NCBI GenBank assembly: GCA_951406725.2
Contig: OX597827.1
Coordinates: 84,630,001 to 84,694,000, forward strand
Source of the DNA: Octopus vulgaris
Lineage: Eukaryota
Direction of reading: 5' to 3'
DNA: 64,000 nucleotides
In this document: piece after piece, positions 55,010-64,000 of the stretch
Position numbering within the stretch: the first letter of the stretch is position 1
Layout: the number at the start of each line of letters is the position of its first letter
Notes under the pieces: model-generated
Databases searched by the model: none
What the model was told of the DNA's origin: nothing
The model's input: only the letters and a program-made list of their open reading frames with translations
Position numbers and translations under genes: made by a program

Positions 55010-55660
55010 ACTTTAAGGTGTTTCTTGATTCAACAACGATTATCACTCCCCACTATGGTGACTACTTTTTTCTGTTGACATCGTAGCCACACAAGCATGT
55101 TTCGGGGCCTGTTTTTGACATTTCTCAGAAAGTTTACACCAGCGATTCAACGATCAAACAAATTCCTGACTGGCTGAGATTTCGTTCTGCTTTTGGTCGT
55201 CTGTCCGCAGACGTGGCACAAATTTGACAGTAACATAATGCATTGTTATTTTATTTCTAAATGGTATGGCACGAACTTTTACGTGCGCCTTCTTTTTTGA
55301 AAACTTCTCAGACATTCAAGCAACTGTTTTTAGAGATCACAACACGAAATTTTACAATGATATTGTCGTTCGTTGCTATGGAAGGTCGTTTAGATATAAG
55401 AATGTTCTCGATAGGAAACGCTGGTAGAACTCGTCAAATTTACGCATTGTTTGACCACTTCTCCCCTTCGGTCTGCTGCACCATTAGAAAATTGCTCGAA
55501 AAAGTTCTTTCTAATCTGAAACCAAATTTCCCATACGTTCTGCTCAATCCTTCATTGATTAATTTACGATAAGTTGTTAAGTACACTAAACTAACGTTCA
55601 CCCCAGCACGTGTACATCGGTGACTAACAGACATGGTGACTACTGTAAGTCGAATGGATA
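55010..55660 (-). mobile_element. Mariner transposase fossil (second lineage)
   Basis: Minus-strand remnants RPSIATNDNI, SCHTI, TGPETCLCGYD (degenerate TGDETWVYGYD). Confidence 0.65.
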
Positions 55661-55689
55661 GCAACTTTATTATATGATTAGAACGAATA

Positions 55690-56045
55690 GAGTCTCAATC
55701 CCTCACTCATCCTCTTCAGCCATTATCATCTTTACTGTCCGATACGACACCTTATTGTCTCAGGCAGAATCCACCATTTATCCATCTAATAACTCTCACC
55801 AACCGTTTGTCATTAACTGTGTTTCTTTTATTTTTTTGCTTCTTAATGTAAGACAAGTTTATATTTTGATAAAATCTGTATACCTTATATTAATTTAGTA
55901 ATCTTTACTTACCTCTGAAGAAGATGAATAACTGAAACAAACGTCAACTTTTGTAAGGAAATATCGACTCAATTCAACCAACTCTGTTATTAACCTCGAG
56001 TTCTTTATAAATTATGGTTTCCTTTGATCGCGCAATCAGGTTTCC
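55690..56045 (+). mobile_element. Possible pLTR remnant with degenerate hammerhead motif (55915-55947)
   Basis: CTGAAGA-agatgaataact-GAAAC; stems weak. Confidence 0.3.
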
Positions 56046-56097
56046 CTATTCTATCTCTCTCCATCTCACTCTCTTCTCTTTCTCCGTGCATATATTT

Positions 56098-56135
<38 letters not shown>

Positions 56136-56989
56136 ATAATTTGCCAGCAGAAAATATAGATTAATACTTTGGGGGAAAGGTGCAGTAAATAAAATTACTT
56201 CTGATTCGGTCATTTTCAATGTATGACAGACCACTTCGGTTCGGTTATGAAATGATAGTTTTTCAGCAATCAACTGGTTCAGTAATACAGATAATAAGCA
56301 CCTTAGTAAATTTATTCAGTTTATTATGACAAAGTTGTGTCCGCCGAAGCTTTAGAATTCGCCAGAGTTTTATTCTAATTAGTGATTCTGTTATTATTAT
56401 TGTATTATCAAAAAACCTGTACTCTCTTAACATAATTCTTTTGGAGTTAAACTTCAAAACAGGAATTGTCTGACGGAGCCATGAGACCATTTGATGGGGT
56501 TGATAGTTGGGAACATGTGGTATTGTATGAAAGGGGTTTCACCATGCAGCGTTTGGTTTTTACTTTGAATAGGAACCATCCATTTTGCGAAATACCATTG
56601 GCCTCAAAATGGCTGCGGTAAAGGAAAGATTTAATCAAAGAGTTAGATTTAAAGGTCCACAGTAGAAATGAGTTATTTTGGTTAGATGTAAGTATTATAT
56701 TTAAGTAGTGGTAAATACTGCTCTTTTGATAAACCTAACGAGAAATTGCTCGATATTGATAGAATAGATTCCTCCAAAGTTAGGTCCATAATATTAATAA
56801 ACTGTTGTTTAAAACTATAAAGCCAGGGCACTGTCTTTTTTTTTCTGGCGAAATATACTGCACAAATTCATGAAACGCGCCTCTTGATAGGAAATGGAAT
56901 AGAAGAAGGCAATGCAATATTCAAATTCATTGAAATCCAAAAATAAATTAGATAATTATTTTTAAAAAAAGTATACAGAGGCAGAAACC

Positions 56990-58060
56990 TGCTGTTCAAA
57001 ATTATAACGCCAGGTTTTGAATAATGTTGCAAAAGTAGTATGAAACGGGGACATTTGCTTATCTTTCAATGATATTCTCATGCAATACACCAACAATAGT
57101 GTGTTTGACTACCGTCTCTTCCAAAACACGCGATTTCATGCACTCGATCAACATCTGCAGCAGATGAAGTGGACGCTCTTCCCAGGACTTCTTTATTGCC
57201 GTTTCAAGTTCATCAACAGATGTCTACTGCTTGCGTTCGATGTACACAACATTCATGAGATTTCCCCAGGCATATTCTATAGGATTAAGGTTGGAGCTTC
57301 TTTCTGGTCATGTCACGACTTCAAACCTGATTGCATGGAGGAAATCCAAAGTTGGCTTTTGCATTATGAATAGGAGCGTTGTCCTGAAATATGAAGTTCT
57401 CGCCACATGGCCTTCTTCGTCAATGTAAGCCCTGTCCAAAGTATGGGCGTATCGCACAGCATTGAAACGGCCATCCGTAATGACAAGGGGCAGCTTCTAA
57501 TTGGCAAATACCGCTCCCTACACTATAAGACCTCCTCTGTTACTCTGCTGCTTGAAATAAGACAGAATTTTGTATATATTTGTCTGCCCAGTAATACTTA
57601 TAACCGTCGGGGCACCTAAATTCCATTTTTTCTTATCAGAGGACAGAACCCTGATCCATGCATCATCCCATGTCTGATGGTGCCGAGCAAACTTCAATCT
57701 AACAGCTTTGTGGGAAGGGGACAATAACGGACGCTCTAGCAGATTTTCCAGGTGGAAACCATAGTTCAAAATCGCTCTTCTTACGGCCGATGTCGAGGCT
57801 TCTACTCCTGCTGATGCCTTAGTTTTGGAAACAGAAGATTAGCGTGACTTCTTCACAGCTATGACAATGTCATCCCTTTCTGATGTAGCCCTGGGACGTC
57901 CACCAGCATGAACCCTATTGTAGCCATTGGGGTCTTCCAGATATTTGTTCACTAGCGTTCTGCTTCGCCGAATCTTCTCGGCAATCTCCTAGATGTTCAT
58001 TCCTTCCGCTTCCAGTGCAAGAATCTTCTCTTGCTTTCAGCATACTGGAAAGGAGTTGAA
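56990..58060 (-). mobile_element. Tc1-family (Tc3-like) transposase fossil
   Basis: PLLSPSHKAVRLKFAR..W..VLSSDKKKWNL, QDNAPIH, NLNPIEYAWG. Confidence 0.85.
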
Positions 58061-58990
58061 TATTTTCTGGAACAATCCGGAAAGAAATGAAAATGTATTT
58101 GTGGTTTTATAGTTTTGAAATGTTGATATGCTTGGGAAAATTGGAATATTAGGCGTTGCAATGTGATAATAAAGATACAAGTTTTACATAGTTTTACATT
58201 TCAAAGTATCCATGAAATGCCCTTTCACAATAGATTCTTATGCCCCTTGAGTCCGCTTAAATACAGAACTAAATTTCTAAATAACTTAAAACATGTGGCT
58301 TTGTAGTTTTGAATCGTAGTTTAAGTGCCTGTTCAGCTTATTTTTTGACGTGGAATCTTTCGTGTTGCACATTATTAAAATGATGCAATAAATTTATGGT
58401 CGAAGGAAACTACATTGTCTGCAGAAGAGCACAAATACTAAAATGCGTAGATTTAAAAAACACGAGGATATTTCTCTGAAATATAATGTCGATACAGATA
58501 CCACATCATAAATTGTTGGTCATGAGAGTTGCAAAGGATAAAAATCTTTCGGATGTAATGACGAAGTTGGTTACCCATAAGCGACCCGGTGGCAATAACG
58601 TTATTGGTGTTAAAATTGAAGGCTCTACTGCTTAACTAGCAAGAAATATGGGTAATCGAGAATTTTGAATTTGCTAACGTGTGAATATGGTAACTTAGAA
58701 ATGGCTTCAGAATGGATCATGAAATGACCCGTTATAGAACGAGGAAAGCAAACTATTGCAGCAAAAATTAATAAATTAATTTAAAGTGAAGGGTTTCTAA
58801 TTTTCTAATTATATAACAGGGATGAAACTTGGCCGACCCAAAACAAGAATACGCAACTCTTTAAAGTATCATACACACCTGATTACAGTGCATACATACA
58901 CACATATTTGCAGTATATATACACACACACACATATATATATATACACACATATTCACTATAAATATATTTGTATATACATATATTTACA

Positions 58991-59045
<55 letters not shown>

Positions 59046-59049
59046 CACG

Positions 59050-59952
59050 CACAGATGGGTACCGTTAATCGAAAAATTGACTTCGTTAATCCGTTAACCC
59101 AAAATATAAATTCGTTAATCCGTTAACTTTTATTGAAAACTACAGTTTAATATCACACCGACTTTGTTTCCTCATAACATCCAGAATAATGGATACTTTT
59201 TAACGAAACTTTCACCTAATAATCGCTTATACCCCGTAGATTTTCTGTAAGGATTTGTTGGAAGCAATTTTCCGATGAGGTGGGGAGAGGAGTTTTGGAA
59301 AATTCACAGGACCCGACATTTTCCCCCCTCATAACTTTCTGGAAAATATATATTTTTAAATGAAATTTTATACAAATACCTTTCAAACGGTTTTGGGCAA
59401 AATTTTTGGATGGAGGCGGGGGGAAGAGTTTCTGGAAAACGGAGTTTTGAATCAGACGGCCCACATAAGTTGGGATTTTTCCGTTTTGACAAGGATTTGA
59501 CAAGGATATGTTTTTCACCAAAGTGTTCAGAATGATGGGAGGCATCTTTTCACAAAAACAAAAAAGAAAATTTTGAAAAAGTGCCAAAACTATAAAATCA
59601 ACTTTTTGGCCTTTTTGAGGGCTTTAGAACCCAAAATCTAAAGTTTTTGTTTTTTTCGCTTTAGAGTTAGAAAATGCTGATTTTATGATTTTAAGTTTTA
59701 AAGGACCTAAAGAAGGCTGAAAGAATGACGCGTATCAAAATAGGTGAAGACAATCTGAAAACAATTGAAACTTTTAAACGTTTACCGGTTTTTGCGAAGT
59801 TTTGAGGTTAACGGAGTTGAGTTAACGGAAGCTACATGTAACGGAAGTTAATTAATCTGACAATTATTTTCAAAGTTAACTTAAAAAGTTATATCGTTAA
59901 GGAAAATTTTAACTTCGTTAATTAACGATTAACGGGCTTACGCCCAGCTCTG
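59050..59952. mobile_element. MITE-like element (hAT-like ends) with subterminal CGTTAA/TTAACG repeats
   Basis: Left end cacagatgggta-ccgttaatcg versus right-end reverse complement cagagctgggcgtaagcccgttaatcg; no TSD seen. Confidence 0.6.
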
Positions 59953-59959
59953 TATATAT

Positions 59960-60107
59960 TGTGTGGTAAGAAGCTTGCTAGCCAACCACATGGTTCCGGG
60001 GTCAGTCCCACTGCGTGGCTCCTTCGGAAAGTGTCTTCTACTATAGTCTCGGATCGACCAAAGCCTTGTGAGTGGAATTGGTAGACGGAAACTGAAAGAA
60101 GCCCGTC

Positions 60108-60163
<56 letters not shown>

Positions 60164-60356
60164 ATCTGTGTTTGTCCCTCCATCATCGCTTGACTACCGA
60201 TGTTGGTGTGTGTACGTCCCCGCAACTTAGTGGTTCGGCAAAAGAGACTGACAGAATAAGTACTAGGCTTACAAAGAATACGCCTTGGGATCGATTTGTT
60301 TGACTAAAGGCGGTGCTCCAGCATGGCCGCAGTCAAATGACTGAAACAGATAAGAG
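59960..60356 (+). mobile_element. SINE family A
   Basis: Head, internal (TA)n, tail ggcggtgctccagcatggccgcagtcaaatgactgaaac. Confidence 0.92.
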
Positions 60357-60487
60357 TATATATATATAAATATGTGTGTGTGTGCGCGCGTGTATACACA
60401 TATTTACGGTAAATATATATATAAATATGTTTAGATATATATGTTTACACTTAATATTTTTATAGGTTTATATTTTACACACCGTAA

Positions 60488-61457
60488 TATTCTTTTCTAC
60501 CCTAGGCACAAGGCCCGAAATTTGGGGGAGGGGGCCAGTCAATTAGATCGACCACAGTACACAACTGGTGTTTAATTTGTCGACCCCGAAAGGATGAAAG
60601 GCAAAGTCGACCTCGGCGGAATTTGAACTCAGAACGTACAGACAGACGAAATACCTATTTCTTTACTACCCAGAAAGGGGCTAAACACAGAGACCTCAAA
60701 CAAGGACCGACAAACGGATTATCGACCCCAGTGCTTAACTGGTACTTATTTAATCGACCCTGAAAAGATGAAAGGCAAAGTCAACCTCGGCGGAATTTGA
60801 ACTCAGAACGTAGCGACAGACGAAATACCTATTTCTTTATTACCCACAAGGGGCTAAACACAGAGGGGGCAAACAAGGACAGACATAGGTATTAAGTCGA
60901 TTACATCGACCCCAGTGCGTAACTGGTACTTAATTTATCGACCCCGAAAGGATGAAAGGCAAAGTCGACCTCGGCGGAATTTGAACTCAGAACGTAGCGG
61001 CAGACGAAATACCGCTAAGCAGTTCGTCCGGCGCGCTAACGTTTCTGCCAGCTTACCGCCTTTCGACAGACGAAATACCGCTAAGCAGTTCGTCCGGCGC
61101 GCTAACGTTTCTGCCAGCTCACCGCCTTTCGACAGACGAAATACCGCTAAGCAGTTCGTCCGGCGCGCTAACGTTTCTGCCAGCTCACCGCCTTTCGACA
61201 GACGAAATACCGCTAAGCAGTTCGTCCGGCGCGCTAACGTTTCTGCCAGCTCACCGCCTTTCGACAGACGAAATACCGCTAAGCAGTTCGTCCGGCGCGC
61301 TAACGTTTCTGCCAGCTCACCGCCTTTCGACAGACGAAATACCGCTAAGCAGTTCGTCCGGCGCGCTAACGTTTCTGCCAGCTCACCGCCTTTCGACAGA
61401 CGAAATACCGCTAAGCATTTCGCCCGGCGTCCTAACGTTTCTTCCTGCTCGCCGCCT
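60488..61457 (-). mobile_element. Nest of three SINE B bodies with a 66-bp tandem amplification of the head
   Basis: Three bodies joined at aagaaata|ggtatttcgtc; seven heads at 66-bp spacing (~61000-61457). Confidence 0.92.
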
Positions 61458-61993
61458 TAACATATTGTAATATTAAATAATGATATATTCTTTATGCTTT
61501 ACATATTGTTTATAATATTTTCTATAATTCTGCATACTATATTCAACCCTCACAGTATATATATATATATATATATATTTCCAACATCCTATACAATATT
61601 ATTGCCTTCCATCAGTTACTTCGCATAATTGGCTAAATTAGATCTCCTTTCCTGCTATTAGTTCATTTTAACGAGGATATATATAGGTGTGTGTATGTGT
61701 GAAAGAGAATGTTTGTGTGTGCATTTATACAGACAGACAGACAGACAGACAGACAAACCGAGCATGGAGAATCTGGCACCTTCGATGATTACTGGATGCG
61801 TATCATATAACAAGTGATAGGAGCTAGTTACTTGTACACTTGCCATGAAGTAAAACCTCTTTGGGTCTAATTATTTGAAGTGTGAACGTGAGAGAACGAA
61901 GGGTAATGGTTGACATGGAGATATCTACCTATCTATCTGTCTGTCTGTCTGTCTTTCTATACACACACAATTATGACAGATGAAGAGAGAGAT

Positions 61994-62043
<50 letters not shown>

Positions 62044-62404
62044 ACAGTGGTTATCGTGCTCGTTATTTCCATCCATTCTTAGAGAAGACAATACTATGGC
62101 CACATGTCTACTTCATTACCGATCCGATATAAATCCCATTCTCTTGGGAAACCATTCAAACCACCGTGATATTCAAATGCAACCCCACTAATTCATTTGT
62201 TGATTATGAAGTGATATCGCCTTGTCAACCTATCGGTGTTTATTAAAATATTCATTACCGCTCCGATGACTTCTTGACCGTAAACCCTAGCTGGACATTG
62301 TCCACTTCTAAAATATATAAAGCTAATTTATTATTAGTAAATGAGCCCAAATACAGCATTTATCAGTGGGTATGCTTAGTGCGTATATGTGTGCGTATGT
62401 ACGT

Positions 62405-62520
62405 ATGTAATGTAATGTAATGTAATGTAATGTAATGTAATGTAATGTAATGTAATGTAATGTAATGTAATGTAATGTAATGTAATGGATGGATGTATGT
62501 ATGGATGGATGGATGGATGT
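62405..62520. repeat. (TGTAA)n and (GGAT)n microsatellites
   Basis: Directly visible. Confidence 0.92.
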
Positions 62521-63847
62521 ATACACACTCACACATACACGTATGTTTACATTTCTACAGGTATACATACATGAAATACATGCATAAGCGCATATATACA
62601 TACCTGCGCGCACACACATGCAAAGGTATCGAATATGAAGGAGAGGATAGATTTATTTGACCTTTAACAGTTGATTCTTCCAGTTTTATTCTCTGCCCTA
62701 AATGGAGACTGAACTTAACTATACGATATTGTTACGGTGGTGTACAGCAATGGTTGGTGTGGCTCTGTGTATATGCGGGAGCGTATGCCGATGTTGTTTT
62801 GTGATGTGTGATGGACATTGGAAGCGACTGTTGTAGAGAATGAAGAGAGAGAGAGGAAATTAGTTACGCGAGAGGTATGGTCAGATCATAAATAAAGTAG
62901 AGGCTGCGTTTCTGTTGGCATCGGTGATTGTATATAAATCAGAGGCGTTGCTATCTCTTGTCTGTGGGTAAAAGGTGTTGAGAAGCAACTTCTCCGGCCA
63001 TTATCACTGGCTACAACCAATCAGACGGTAGAGACTGATGGTCGTCTGCCTGCTTCCAATTATAGACGACGGCCTGGCATGCGAGCAGCTACTTTTCAAT
63101 AGTTGTGTATTTATTGCTGACCATATTTTAAAGTGTATAATTACTTTGGTCTCACACACACACGTACATGTGTACACACATACATAAAGGAAGGATGAGA
63201 TTGATGGTTAAGACTAGCGCTCCCTTTTCCTATAATAAGCACATATAAATCTCCTCTTTTGTATAACTATGTTACAATCGAACAAGATTATTAACTGTTG
63301 TACACTTACACATATACCGGGGCACACACGCACACAAACACACATGATAAACTCAGACAACTGCGAACCTATACAGACAGCCATGTAAAGCGGATACACT
63401 GTTAAAGGGAGAAGCTCAAACACAAGCCTGAAAATATATGTATCATGCATACATGCACATATATACATATACTCGCTTACATACATACACACACATATAC
63501 ATGCATGCATACATACATACACGCACGTATATACATACTCGCACACACATACACCCATCTTGCACTCAATTCCGAAATCTCTAAAGCTAATAAAAACAAC
63601 CATTGATAATAATGTTTTTCAGCATGTTGACACTCTTCCTCTGTCCGTCCGTCCGTCCGTCCGTCCGTCTGTCTGTCTCTCTCTCTCTCTCTCCCCCCTC
63701 TCTCCCTCTCCTCAACAACCGCTAATATGGTTTCCGTAAAGCCAGATCCACTGCTGACCAACTCCATTTAGTCACTCACCAGTGGACCTTTAAGTAATTT
63801 GTCAACGACAGCAAAGATTGTGTGGCAGGGAAATCTGCTGTCGAAAC

Positions 63848-64000
63848 TACCCGCCCACGGCCTTCACCCACCCATGGCCTTCACCCGCCCACGGCCTTCA
63901 CCCGCCCACGGCCTTCACCCACCCATGGCCTTCACCCGCCCACGGCCTTCACCCACCCCCGGCCTTCACCCGCCCACGGCCTTCACCCACCCACGGCCTT
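63848..64000. repeat. 17-bp GC-rich minisatellite (cacccRcccaYggcctt)n, about 9 copies, runs off the window
   Basis: Directly visible. Confidence 0.92.

Noticed and set aside
60915-61460. 181-aa ORF with 22-aa repeats
   Set aside because: Antisense translation of a 66-bp SINE head repeat.

Overview
Repeat-dominated eukaryotic DNA with no host gene that I can support. The SINE families and the extreme (TA)n load look like octopus/cephalopod DNA (inference from recalled repeat sequences). Nearly all long ORFs in the track are (TA)n/(TG)n artefacts. Real coding signal is all from transposons: an apparently full-length, very young APE-RT LINE (~43703-49366; ORF1 with a Myb/SANT-like domain and a CCCH finger, ORF2 broken by one 1-nt deletion, a 1.2 kb tandem array upstream of ORF1) and six related truncated copies, five of which lie in or against (TA)n arrays. 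There are also an RTE LINE 3' end, an L1/Tx1-like remnant, three Penelope-like GIY-YIG remnants, several hammerhead-ribozyme-like motifs, mariner/Tc1 fossils, non-autonomous Helitrons and two tRNA-like SINE families. Highlights: (1) a (TA)n-associated LINE whose 3' stem-loop is shared, with compensatory base changes, by SINE family A; (2) a composite Helitron (5' end of one element, captured mariner/SINE DNA, 3' end of another) that inserted a copy into itself at an A|T site; (3) hammerhead motifs with long stem-II insertions; (4) nested SINE insertions with a 66-bp head amplification.
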